Shown piece by piece: positions 7,371-15,992 of a stretch of 20,000 bases of DNA. A program made the position numbers and the translations under genes. The DNA is from an uncultured virus (IMG/VR IMGVR_UViG_3300027708_002528) (lineage: Duplodnaviria > Heunggongvirae > Uroviricota > Caudoviricetes), in IMG/VR virus record IMGVR_UViG_3300027708_002528. One strand, given 5' to 3'. The notes beneath the pieces are model-generated. The model was not told the origin of the DNA. It saw nothing but the letters and a program-made list of their open reading frames with translations, and did not search any database. The number at the start of each line of letters is the position of its first letter. Position 1 is the stretch's first letter.

Positions 7371-8114
7371 TTAGTTACTATCGTCATAATGTATTTTAGC
7401 CAGAATATAATCTTTCACCAAGCTACTTCTAACAATGTCATCGGCAGTGAATTCAATCTTTGTGAATGCATTCATAGATTGGCAAATGTCAAAGAATTTT
7501 AGAATTCCTGACATATCATTCTTTCTTTTATTTAGGTCTGTTTGACGATAATCTCCACACCAAATAATTTTTGAACGATATCCTACCCGGGTCATGACAG
7601 TATCAATTTCTTCAAAGGTAAGGTTCTGCATTTCGTCAACGATGATGATCGCATCATCAAAACTCATACCTCTAATGAAACTTGTAGAGATGAATTCGAT
7701 ATATCCCTGTTCAGTCAATCTTTGATATGAATCTTTCCTTCCGAAAAGAGTCTCGCAAATCTGTACGTATGGCTGTTGATAGATTTCCATCTTTTCATTT
7801 ACGTCACCTGGCAGGTGACCCATCTCGCGAGATTGAACCGCAGATCGAACCATGATTATTTTTTTAAATGGATTTCCCTTGTCCAGAACTTCTTCCAGTG
7901 CTTTGTACATTGCACAGAATGTTTTTCCTGTTCCTGCCACACCATGCAGTGCTACGAAATAGTCGCCTCTGCGATATCCATCAAAGAATAGTTTTTGATT
8001 ATTTGTTAATGGGTCAAAAGTTTTTAAATGATCTATGGTTATTTTTAGTGTGTTTGGGGAAGGTTTCACATGTTCAACATGAGTATCTACGTCATTCTTT
8101 CTTCTAGTCGCCAT
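7371..8114 (-). CDS. phoH: PhoH-family ATPase
   Basis: Walker A GVAGTGKT, RSAV..REMGHLPG, FIRGMSF, IIVDEMQN, CGDYRQTDL, DIVRS.LVK.YI. Start re-assigned to ATG 8114 (SD AGAGGA). Confidence 0.95.
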   Translation of the reverse strand: MATRRKNDVDTHVEHVKPSPNTLKITIDHLKTFDPLTNNQKLFFDGYRRGDYFVALHGVAGTGKTFCAMYKALEEVLDKGNPFKKIIMVRSAVQSREMGHLPGDVNEKMEIYQQPYVQICETLFGRKDSYQRLTEQGYIEFISTSFIRGMSFDDAIIIVDEMQNLTFEEIDTVMTRVGYRSKIIWCGDYRQTDLNKRKNDMSGILKFFDICQSMNAFTKIEFTADDIVRSSLVKDYILAKIHYDDSN

Positions 8115-8137
8115 GCATCCTCTCTTATTGCGGTAAG

Positions 8138-8419
8138 TTACCATTCTCGGGGTAGTTTAGTTTTATGAGTCCTTCGAAGATTATTACGTGGAACTTTTTC
8201 TATCATACGTTGAATAACACCTTTCTCAAAGGCTGAATCCGCCTTGCCGATTCCAGGCGTGTTCATTCGCATCGAATCTCCAAAACCAGGAAAGTCTTCG
8301 ATGGAATGATATCGTTCTAAGTGAGCGTTTTTTTGCTTGAATTCATCTAGTTCAGTGGACCTAAACTTATGCTCTTCAATTTCATTGGTCAAAGTGTTTC
8401 TAAACGTATACGTCGGCAT
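8138..8419 (-). CDS. Conserved T4-like phage hypothetical protein (FmdB-like MPTY.F N-terminus, no Cys)
   Basis: MPTYTFRN..T.E..E N-terminus; position upstream of phoH is typical for this phage group; SD GGA. Confidence 0.75.
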   Translation of the reverse strand: MPTYTFRNTLTNEIEEHKFRSTELDEFKQKNAHLERYHSIEDFPGFGDSMRMNTPGIGKADSAFEKGVIQRMIEKVPRNNLRRTHKTKLPREW

Positions 8420-8993
8420 TTTTCATTTCCATTTCATAAAACCAATCAGGAACTTCTCTACTATTTATCTTACCTTTCCATGAAGACAGATGCTGTTTGT
8501 TCATGAAATAATAATTTCGATATGATTGAATAGAGTTCCCTTTGACTTTGCAATCATCTGGCATCGCAGGTGTTGGCTCAGTGAATGAATTATTCGATAT
8601 ATTGTTAGGAACATTCGAAAGAAGCGTCTCCACAAGTTTTGAGCTTTCACACTTATGCACTTTACCATATCTATATGTATATTCAGCACATAGCTCGACG
8701 TTTAGTCTTGCAAGCCAAAGATAGTTTGCTTTAGACTTGCGACACCACACGGCAGATGGATGATTGTTATGCGTTGCGGAATACAGAGTACTCTCGCGCC
8801 AATCAGACAATAGCCACTTTTTAACTTTGCGACCAGTGGCTGAAGTAACAATAGATTCACTGCCATCTAGTAATCGATGTGCGGTTGAAAGGAGTTGGCA
8901 TGTCTCCAGAATCATTTTGACTACATGCCTATCCACATGGTACTTTGCACACAAATTTGTATTGCTATCAAGATAGAATATATTCAAGGTCAA
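8400..8993 (-). CDS. Pyrimidine-dimer DNA glycosylase/endonuclease V-like family protein
   Basis: NIFYLD....CA..H.D.HVVKMILE..QLLSTAH, TH.NHPS.VW.R.S..NY.WL, EYTYRYGKVH, PTPAMPD, YRNYY. TTG start at 8993 or 8987. Confidence 0.7.
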   Translation of the reverse strand: MTLNIFYLDSNTNLCAKYHVDRHVVKMILETCQLLSTAHRLLDGSESIVTSATGRKVKKWLLSDWRESTLYSATHNNHPSAVWCRKSKANYLWLARLNVELCAEYTYRYGKVHKCESSKLVETLLSNVPNNISNNSFTEPTPAMPDDCKVKGNSIQSYRNYYFMNKQHLSSWKGKINSREVPDWFYEMEMKNADVYV

Positions 8994-10330
8994 TCTTTCT
9001 TATATTTCATTCCTACCGCGAATCCAAAGTTTTGAAGTTTGGGAAGGTCTTTTTCAAGCTTTTCACCAATATCGTCGCGGTATTGTGCGTTATTGGGCAA
9101 CTCAATTTTCTTCATTATAGCATATGCTTTGTCTGCTGCGCCCTTTACAGTATCATCTACACCGGTAGTTTGTAGCACATATGTTCCGGCAGTAACCCAA
9201 TCCGGTACGTCAATAATCTGACCGTCGATGAATTTGGTAACTTCACCAAGCTTAACTTCGCATGGATGAATGTTCCTATAGTCCGCATATGCTTTATCGG
9301 TATAAACGGGGAATCCAACCTCTTCTTCAGGAGGTCTGAGGTTTAGTGGATATGATCCATGAGCAAGAACAACACCGACGCAAACTTTATTTTCTATGAC
9401 TTTCTGTGTATCCTGCCCCCTTAGAAGATCATAGATCCACTGTGCTGGATCACCCTCATGCAATGGCTGTTGAATATTCCAACATGGCCATCCGCAACGT
9501 GCAGTAAATTCTAGAGGATATGGCGTACCATCTTCTTCATCGATGATGCAGTTGACATCAACGAATCCGGTGTAGTTGATTGAATGTAAGTAATCTTCAA
9601 CTGGTCGAAGAACTGCGTCGGCTAGTTTAGACTCTTGAACGTAACGCATAACAGTACCTTGCTCACCGGTATTTACACCGAGATCACTTGGCATATGCTT
9701 CTTGAATTCCCAACCTTCTAAGAAATACTTATTGAAACCCTTGGGTCCGAAATGACCAGCAACAGCCATTTCTAGACCGGGTTTAAATTTCTGTAGAATG
9801 AATTCCTGCTTGCTTCCGTTTTCTTTCCATTTTTTCAGCATGAAGATCATATCTCCTGCTGATTTTGACACATAGGAAAGAGATTTATCTGTTTCGGTAC
9901 CGCAAGGTTTAGACACCCATCGACCAGGATTTTCTCTGATGTAGTCAATACCAGCATCGAAATCTTTAAATGGACCTTCATATTCCATTGTTTTGATTCC
10001 AGCTTTTTTGAAGATGTCTTGACCTAGGTTACGGTCTAGTTCACATTTTGCAGTCAGATCATCACCGCCCCACACCAAATATCCATTCTTACGATACTTC
10101 CTAATTTCAGGAAGAAAGTCCATAATGTTATCGGTGAGGAAAACGAAATCACACCAGTCCATCCACTTACGCCAGTCTTTTACTTTAGATACTAGTCCGT
10201 CGCCGATGTCAGCTACATGGCCCTTATCGTCCTTGTCGATAAACCACTTAACCGTATGTCCTGCGGTAATAAAACGTAAACATGTATCTAGACCTAGGCC
10301 GCAATAGCCGTCGATAACCAGTATGTTCAT
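8990..10330 (-). CDS. purD: PurD (phosphoribosylamine-glycine ligase)-like ATP-grasp protein, divergent
   Basis: ELDR..G...FK.AGI, WVSKP, FILQKF.PG.E, E.KK....DLGVNTGEQGT, YTGFVDVNCI, PLEFTARCGWP, C-terminal YRDDIG. Lacks the N-terminal GSGGREH motif. Confidence 0.75.
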   Translation of the reverse strand: MNILVIDGYCGLGLDTCLRFITAGHTVKWFIDKDDKGHVADIGDGLVSKVKDWRKWMDWCDFVFLTDNIMDFLPEIRKYRKNGYLVWGGDDLTAKCELDRNLGQDIFKKAGIKTMEYEGPFKDFDAGIDYIRENPGRWVSKPCGTETDKSLSYVSKSAGDMIFMLKKWKENGSKQEFILQKFKPGLEMAVAGHFGPKGFNKYFLEGWEFKKHMPSDLGVNTGEQGTVMRYVQESKLADAVLRPVEDYLHSINYTGFVDVNCIIDEEDGTPYPLEFTARCGWPCWNIQQPLHEGDPAQWIYDLLRGQDTQKVIENKVCVGVVLAHGSYPLNLRPPEEEVGFPVYTDKAYADYRNIHPCEVKLGEVTKFIDGQIIDVPDWVTAGTYVLQTTGVDDTVKGAADKAYAIMKKIELPNNAQYRDDIGEKLEKDLPKLQNFGFAVGMKYKKD

Positions 10331-10370
10331 TTAGATATCCTGTTGAATTAGTTCAGGATATTTATCTAAA
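10330..10370 (-). promoter_or_regulatory. Late-promoter-like box inside an RBS-sequestering hairpin
   Basis: TTTAG[ATAA]ATATCCTG...CAGGATATCTAAA forms 13 bp with a 4-nt bulge and buries SD AGGA plus the A of ATG; GATAAATA (10366-10359) lies in the 5' arm. Confidence 0.7.
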
Positions 10371-10647
10371 CTGGATGATGAGGAACCTCTCCGGTTTTAG
10401 GGAATCGTTTTTTGATGTCCTCAGCCGTTACTTTTCGAATAGCATATTGATCAGCGAATTTGCTATACTTATCGGAGACAGTCAACTCAGTTCCGTCAAT
10501 GAGTCTTAAAGTACATCCTTCAAAATCCTTGGCATCGATTTTATCGATAGATACAATTTTGTCCAAAGAGACTAGAACATCTTTATTCAAAGATGGTTCA
10601 CTTACATAACCACGATTATGGACGGTTACTTCAATGAATAGTGACAT
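10366..10647 (-). CDS. Hypothetical protein
   Basis: Operon-packed ORF; start re-assigned to ATG 10647 (MSLFIEV), 1 nt after the upstream stop, SD AAGGA. Confidence 0.7.
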   Translation of the reverse strand: MSLFIEVTVHNRGYVSEPSLNKDVLVSLDKIVSIDKIDAKDFEGCTLRLIDGTELTVSDKYSKFADQYAIRKVTAEDIKKRFPKTGEVPHHPV

Positions 10648-10648
10648 A

Positions 10649-10903
10649 TCATTTATCCTTATTGCAATCAGGTACAGCAACTAGATAGACTGTATCAGTG
10701 TAAGTAGGTTTTGCAAAGAAACATTCACCTTTCACTGACCACAGAAGATGATTTTGAATCCCACCTTTAGGGAACTCTCGATTCTCCAATGCAATGCGTT
10801 CATTGAAAAATGCTACTCCAAAGTATAGCATGGCTCCGGAGATGCCGATCACAATGAAGTTGATTACATTGTCTTTTAGAAATTTAAGAATTGCATTGAT
10901 CAT
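10649..10903 (-). CDS. Hypothetical single-TM membrane protein
   Basis: Hydrophobic stretch VINFIVIGISGAMLYFGVAFF, two C-terminal-half Cys; ATGA overlap at 10903-10900 supports this start. Confidence 0.7.
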   Translation of the reverse strand: MINAILKFLKDNVINFIVIGISGAMLYFGVAFFNERIALENREFPKGGIQNHLLWSVKGECFFAKPTYTDTVYLVAVPDCNKDK

Positions 10904-11121
10904 ACAAAACGCTCCCAATTGAAATAAAGTACCACGACAAGAATCGTGTACACTAGCAGTTCAAACACCAATTTTTTACGAATTGCGTTGGATTCATCTT
11001 CAACGACAGTCAGCATTGAAACGCAATATGTTGCGATTTCTTCATTCATAGCCAAGCTTAAATACTTTTCCCAGAATTCTATTTCTTCGGTTTTCTTATA
11101 AAGCTTCCATAGGTTATACAT
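10900..11121 (-). CDS. Hypothetical protein with C-terminal TM segment
   Basis: SD AAGGAG; LVFELLVYTILVVVLYF hydrophobic tail. Confidence 0.7.
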   Translation of the reverse strand: MYNLWKLYKKTEEIEFWEKYLSLAMNEEIATYCVSMLTVVEDESNAIRKKLVFELLVYTILVVVLYFNWERFV

Positions 11122-11263
11122 TTTTATCTCCTTTCACTTTCTCCTGTTTTTTCTGTTTTTCTAGTTCAACTTTTGCCTTTTTAAAGGTTCGCGTGATGTC
11201 AGTATCATATGACGGGTTGTACTTAAATTTTGGATTGAGAATGTTTTTTTCGTCGTATTTCAT
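11114..11263 (-). CDS. 49-aa small protein missed by the ORF track
   Basis: MKYDEKNILNPKFKYNPSYDTDITRTFKKAKVELEKQKKQEKVKGDKNV*; ATGA overlap with the upstream gene, 8-nt overlap with the downstream gene, and it exactly fills the gap. Confidence 0.8.
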   Translation of the reverse strand: MKYDEKNILNPKFKYNPSYDTDITRTFKKAKVELEKQKKQEKVKGDKNV

Positions 11264-11514
11264 AGGAATGAGTAGATATATTGGCGAGCCTGAGATAGAG
11301 ATGAGTATTTTTTACCGTTGATGAAAATGCTTTTTGGAGAGTAAACAAAAATCTGTCCGATCGATGTCATGATACGATATCTAGTAGCACCTTTACTATC
11401 CGTTTCTTTGAACTTAAAGACATCATCACGGATGAGATCGGCAAATAAAAGAGTCTCGCAAAATTCATCAGTTGCGACTTTTCGATAGTATGCAACGTTC
11501 ATGATGAATCTCAA
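11260..11514 (-). CDS. Hypothetical protein
   Basis: Operon-packed ORF; true start may be the ATG at 11502. Confidence 0.7.
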   Translation of the reverse strand: MRFIMNVAYYRKVATDEFCETLLFADLIRDDVFKFKETDSKGATRYRIMTSIGQIFVYSPKSIFINGKKYSSLSQARQYIYSFL

Positions 11515-12035
11515 AAAGAAGGGTTATCTGACGAAGGACGTTCAGGATCGTTAAACTTGTTTAGAGGAGGATATGGAGTTTTCACTGGACGATTACGATC
11601 AGGTTGGAAATAATGCTCTGAATATTTCTCTCGCAATTCAGGATCGCTGAGCCAGCTATCCGGAATGTTTTTCAAGTCCAGATTTTCACGTACAGACTGT
11701 TCCCGCTCACGTAAATGCTGTTCCCACGTTTGCTCAGGCTGCGAACGCTCGGGGTCTTTTAATCGGTTGGATTGAAGTTCATGGAGATAAGAAAATCCTT
11801 CACGCATTTTTTTACCTTCATCGAATTCAGTCACCAATGATTCAAAAATACGGAAAAGCTGACCGAATTTCAACTCATAAAGAGTTGCAACTCCTGAGAC
11901 GATGTTGTATACTGAATCAGGATCGCATGCGCTGCGTCCCTCAATAATTGACTCAGAAATTACTTTTAGGTCAGAAACGACATTCCAGCACTGCATGATC
12001 TGATCTTCGAGATCGAATCGATCAAAGACTTTCAT
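11511..12035 (-). CDS. Hypothetical early protein
   Basis: First gene after the sigma70 promoter; N-terminal DRFDLE.QI..CW.V..DL...LYELKF..LF..FE pattern familiar from large phages, plus a low-complexity C-terminal extension. Confidence 0.75.
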   Translation of the reverse strand: MKVFDRFDLEDQIMQCWNVVSDLKVISESIIEGRSACDPDSVYNIVSGVATLYELKFGQLFRIFESLVTEFDEGKKMREGFSYLHELQSNRLKDPERSQPEQTWEQHLREREQSVRENLDLKNIPDSWLSDPELREKYSEHYFQPDRNRPVKTPYPPLNKFNDPERPSSDNPSF

Positions 12036-12068
12036 GATTTAGTTCCATGTGAGTAGTAATGAAACTAG

Positions 12069-12097
12069 ATTCTACTCTCAGATCATGTAAGTGTCAA
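12069..12097 (-). promoter_or_regulatory. sigma70 (early) promoter
   Basis: TTGACA (12097-12092), 17 bp spacer, TAGAAT (12074-12069), intergenic. Confidence 0.85.
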
Positions 12098-12112
12098 GGG
12101 AAATCTAGAACA

Positions 12113-12337
12113 TTACCAATACTTGAACCAATTGGAAGATACCTGTATTGTGGGAGGAGATGTATTTGCTGTTGTGGGCTTTGATATCTTTAGGTAATTG
12201 CCGTATAGATAGTTACCGGTAAAATACTTTCCGGCAAAGAAAGTAGGTTTACCGGTAACGGCAGGCTTAGAGTTGCTTAACATATTTCCGGAAAGATATC
12301 CACCATCGAGATATCTTCCGGAAAAGTAGTTCATCAT
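12113..12337 (-). CDS. Small aromatic/Gly-repeat protein (probable virion accessory)
   Basis: Two internal repeats YFSGRYLDGGYLSGNML and FFAGKYFTGNYLYGNYL, each followed by SKP; ATGA overlap with the upstream gene. Confidence 0.7.
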   Translation of the reverse strand: MMNYFSGRYLDGGYLSGNMLSNSKPAVTGKPTFFAGKYFTGNYLYGNYLKISKPTTANTSPPTIQVSSNWFKYW

Positions 12338-13371
12338 GTTGTAGAATCAACCGAAACTGCTGTACGATCACCTGTAGTGGTATTGATAGTACCTGTGACT
12401 CTGATTTTACCACTCGAAACAGCGGAACGGAAGATTTCGCTTCCAGTACCAGTACCAGAACGAACACCTAGAAGTACAGCAGCAATAAGACGTAGTGCAC
12501 CTCTATGTGTGAGTCCAGTTTCAATACCGTTTGTGGTATCCATAACAGCAGCCTCCACAACAGCCGCGGTCAGTGTCGAAACACCGTATGCAGTCAAAGC
12601 AGTGGTAACTGAAGCTTGTGATTGTGCTTGTGTCAGTGTAGATGTTCCATACGAAATCAACGCTCCAGATGCGGCACTCGAAACTTGTGCTTGTGTTAGC
12701 GTAGAAGTTCCATATGCAACCAATGCTGAGTTGGCAGCGGATTGCGATTGAGCTTGTGTTAGCGTAGATGTTCCGTATGAGGATAGAGCCGAAGTGACAG
12801 TAGCTGCAATCTGCGTATTAGATAGACCGTAGATTCCCAAAGGAAATAATCCATATACTGATGTAGTGTCTAGAGTTCCTACTGTGTTGGCATCAACTAT
12901 AGCGGTTCTAGTATTACCTACGTATTGGGTGATAACGCGAGTTTGTCCTGCGCCAGCACCTGCTAGGATAACGATACGCGATCCTTGGTAGATGTTGTCT
13001 GTAGTGGATGCATTAATATCAAGTACGATTGAGTTATTGCTTCCCGACTGAATCGTTCTTGATCTGGTAGCTCCTGGAGGTAAAGTGGAGATAACAAACA
13101 GCTGGTCGGTGACGTTTGCTCTATCGACCGTTTGAACAACAATCTCATCAGATGCCATCTCGGTAGCTGAAAGTGTCCAATTGTAGACATATTGTCCTGA
13201 AACTAATGTAGGAAGCGTATTGATGTTTCCTAAGGTAGTTCCATTCTGAATAACTTTGACCGTTCCTGCTGTTGCGGTCCAAGTATTAGCATAATTTGTT
13301 GTGTTAGCACCAATTACGGGTGCCCGAAATGTGTATGCGGTTCCATATGGAGACCATGTAGGAGATGGCAT
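12334..13371 (-). CDS. Putative virion structural protein with 21-aa tandem repeats
   Basis: Thr/Ser/Ala-rich; SD AAGGAA; C-terminal E.GLT...ALRL..AVL.G..SG....FR......RV..T....G.RTAV..D segment typical of phage structural cassettes. Confidence 0.7.
   Translation of the reverse strand: MPSPTWSPYGTAYTFRAPVIGANTTNYANTWTATAGTVKVIQNGTTLGNINTLPTLVSGQYVYNWTLSATEMASDEIVVQTVDRANVTDQLFVISTLPPGATRSRTIQSGSNNSIVLDINASTTDNIYQGSRIVILAGAGAGQTRVITQYVGNTRTAIVDANTVGTLDTTSVYGLFPLGIYGLSNTQIAATVTSALSSYGTSTLTQAQSQSAANSALVAYGTSTLTQAQVSSAASGALISYGTSTLTQAQSQASVTTALTAYGVSTLTAAVVEAAVMDTTNGIETGLTHRGALRLIAAVLLGVRSGTGTGSEIFRSAVSSGKIRVTGTINTTTGDRTAVSVDSTT
12568..12777 (-). repeat. 63-bp (21-aa) degenerate tandem repeat, about 3.3 copies
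   Basis: YG(T/V)STLT starts at 12777, 12714, 12651 and 12588, an exact 63-nt period. Confidence 0.9.
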
Positions 13372-13437
13372 GTTGTTTCCTTTTTAATTGGTGTATTGTT
13401 TCTATTATTTAGTAACCTGATCGTCCTATCTTAGTAA

Positions 13438-15660
13438 TCAAGAAATTCCTCTGAAAATTCCACGAAATATACCTCTACTAAGAGATTCATTTAAAATATT
13501 AGCTACGGTAGGAGACACAGGTATTGAACCTGTCAACCCAGCATCAAACGCGGTGATTCCTGGAGTAGCCAATCCGTTTCCGGCCATTAAAAATCCTGAA
13601 AATCCTCCACTGATTGGTGATGCATCATTATAAGACGCAACGAAAGATAGGGTACCGACAGGACCTGCGTATATGTTTACAGTCGATCCTACTTTTTCAA
13701 TTTTCAGTTCAGTATTTGTAAAATTACTATTAAGCCCATTTGGTAATGCGTAAGTGGAAATAAATGAGTTGTTGCGCCTAAATTGTCCAGTAGTTCCACC
13801 AACCGAAAACCAATATCCATTATTAGATGTTCCATCGGATGAACAAATGATAGCGCGATATTCTCCGCCACTTCCTACGGATTGTGATGCTACGGATTTT
13901 ACAGTAGCATATGTCGACCCGGATAGGTTTAAATATGCCGTCTTTATAGCATAAGCGTTAAGGTTATCTGCTCTCAGTACTGATGATTGAACTTGAAGAG
14001 TTGCTGCATCACCTGCCCATGCTGTGCTAATTGAACTGAGCGTTGTATTATTGGATTGATTAAAGGTCCAAAAGGTATTGGAAGATGGCTCAGTAAGCCT
14101 AGGACCAAGCTCTGGAGGATAACGAAGCCAGAAAACTTTAATACTAAGATCGCCGAACTGTTGAGTTGTGTAAACTTTGAGAGTTGCCGATGTTGGTCTA
14201 GTTGAAGGAGGAGGAACATCTAGAATCCATCGTGACCAATTTGCGGAGGTGCCGAGATCAGGACCAACATATTGTTCACTTCCATTCGCAGATCCTCCAA
14301 ATGAACCATAGTTGATTCCGGTTTCATTAGTTATTGACTGATCCGCACCACCATCGTAACTGATTTTTGGACGTTTCGTCGAATCGCTATAGGTGTTGCC
14401 TGCAAACAATTGATTAATTCCCGAGCCTGTTGCTCCAATGATTACGGCACTTAGATGGTCCGGATTATCATAAATTGCTTGAAATAATGTTGTTACGTCA
14501 AGCGAAACTAATTTAACTGTATCAGTATCCGTTACGGTTTGAGTAGCCCATGCAGATGATCCGTTAGGGTAACCGGTAGAATCCCACCAACTTCCCCCGT
14601 AGATATTATTGGCACTTGGATCTATCCAAGTAATATTATTTGCATAGGAAAATTGTGATCGGGTAATATCACCGATAGTGATTAATGGTCTAGGATATTC
14701 GGCGCCTCCTATACTTGGAGTTGCCCCATTGCGAGAAGTTCCTAAAATATCTAGACCGCCAGTGTAGGTTGCGTCTGGTATACCCGCTTTGACTAGATCA
14801 GCATTGTATTTAAGACGAAAGTCCTCGGAACCTGATGTTAGTGAGACGAATTGATTAGCTGCTGTTTTGCTAACAATATTTCCAGTGCCTGTCCATCCAA
14901 ATGATGCAAGGTCTGTGGCATTATATGTGCTGTTGGTCGCATCGAGCTTGCTGTTTATGTCCTGTCTAATACTAGCAAAACCAAAAAACGTACAGTTTTT
15001 AATTATTTGTCCGGTGGCTGCATAATTGCCTATGTTTATGGCAGTTGCTGATGAACCAGTTCCAATAATATGACAGTTTCTCAAATAACAAGCGGTTCCC
15101 GGACCAAATTGATTAGCTAAAGAATTTGAAGTAGGCATGTACAACAAGCAATTAACTGCACTGCAACAACCATAAAACATTACATTTGAATATTTTACGA
15201 TGCAAGAATCGAGTATAAATTGACCATTTGACCAATATGAAAAATACGATGATCCAGTTCCGATAAATTGAATGCCAGTTATAACTAGCTTTTGACCATT
15301 GGCTACTGTGTTTGAAGTAAACACACCTAACGCATTTGCTGAGGTGGATACCGCAACTCCATTGGCGTTGTTATAACGCAAGGCATTAGTTAACTTGTTT
15401 ACATTGTCCCTAAACGACAATCCAGGTGCCGCGGTCAACCATAAATATCTTGTTGAGTCGCAAATTGTAGTAACCGATATGTCTGACGTAATAGACCATT
15501 CGCCGTTGGTACCACCACCTTCAGGATACAGAACTCCTTTCCAAACAACATCGGCCGCCACCAAACCACTTGGATAAGTTGTGTTAGCTCCGGCAAGCCA
15601 TGCGGAAATGCTTGGGTAGTCTCGACCAGACCCAATCGTTTTAGTTATAATTGTTGCCAT
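13438..15660 (-). CDS. Large putative virion surface/adhesion protein (beta-helix-like N-half, DNRLRE-like module, beta-sandwich C-terminus)
   Basis: KTIGSGRDYPSISAW start, NC-ladder repeats, DFRLK....L..AG...DI.G..R....SIGG.EY closing motif; TAATG coupling with the upstream gene. Domain names are inferred. Confidence 0.7.
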   Translation of the reverse strand: MATIITKTIGSGRDYPSISAWLAGANTTYPSGLVAADVVWKGVLYPEGGGTNGEWSITSDISVTTICDSTRYLWLTAAPGLSFRDNVNKLTNALRYNNANGVAVSTSANALGVFTSNTVANGQKLVITGIQFIGTGSSYFSYWSNGQFILDSCIVKYSNVMFYGCCSAVNCLLYMPTSNSLANQFGPGTACYLRNCHIIGTGSSATAINIGNYAATGQIIKNCTFFGFASIRQDINSKLDATNSTYNATDLASFGWTGTGNIVSKTAANQFVSLTSGSEDFRLKYNADLVKAGIPDATYTGGLDILGTSRNGATPSIGGAEYPRPLITIGDITRSQFSYANNITWIDPSANNIYGGSWWDSTGYPNGSSAWATQTVTDTDTVKLVSLDVTTLFQAIYDNPDHLSAVIIGATGSGINQLFAGNTYSDSTKRPKISYDGGADQSITNETGINYGSFGGSANGSEQYVGPDLGTSANWSRWILDVPPPSTRPTSATLKVYTTQQFGDLSIKVFWLRYPPELGPRLTEPSSNTFWTFNQSNNTTLSSISTAWAGDAATLQVQSSVLRADNLNAYAIKTAYLNLSGSTYATVKSVASQSVGSGGEYRAIICSSDGTSNNGYWFSVGGTTGQFRRNNSFISTYALPNGLNSNFTNTELKIEKVGSTVNIYAGPVGTLSFVASYNDASPISGGFSGFLMAGNGLATPGITAFDAGLTGSIPVSPTVANILNESLSRGIFRGIFRGIS

Positions 15661-15992
15661 TATTCAATCAACTCCTGACTATAAACGCCGTGAACCGGCG
15701 AACCCATTTCTGGTTTCTTAAATTCGCAATCCCAATAACCTTCTTCGCTGAGAATTTCAATTTCATGAAACAATCCAGCAAAAACTACAAACCTGCAAGG
15801 ACCTTTGTATACCGACTCTTTAATAATTTCTCCATCTTTATGATGACGGTATTTAACTGACAGTATCGTACCTTCGTGTACATAGCTATCATGATCAATC
15901 CAATGTCTATGACCTCGATAAACAAACCCTTTATCAAAAGGTCCGTGACATCGAACAAATACATCACCTTGATCAACTTCCTTCATAGTCAT
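15660..15992 (-). CDS. Cupin-like small protein
   Basis: GHRH..DH.S.V..G and GP....V.AG.FH.I..L motifs match the two cupin metal-binding motifs; coupled on both sides (ATGA, TAATG). Confidence 0.65.
   Translation of the reverse strand: MTMKEVDQGDVFVRCHGPFDKGFVYRGHRHWIDHDSYVHEGTILSVKYRHHKDGEIIKESVYKGPCRFVVFAGLFHEIEILSEEGYWDCEFKKPEMGSPVHGVYSQELIE

Noticed and set aside
13372..13437. Late promoter or terminator in this gap, and a leader resembling the gp32 leader (AATACACC...AAGGAAA)
   Set aside because: Only CTAAAATA is present, there is no strong hairpin, and the similarity is short and A-rich, so probably chance.
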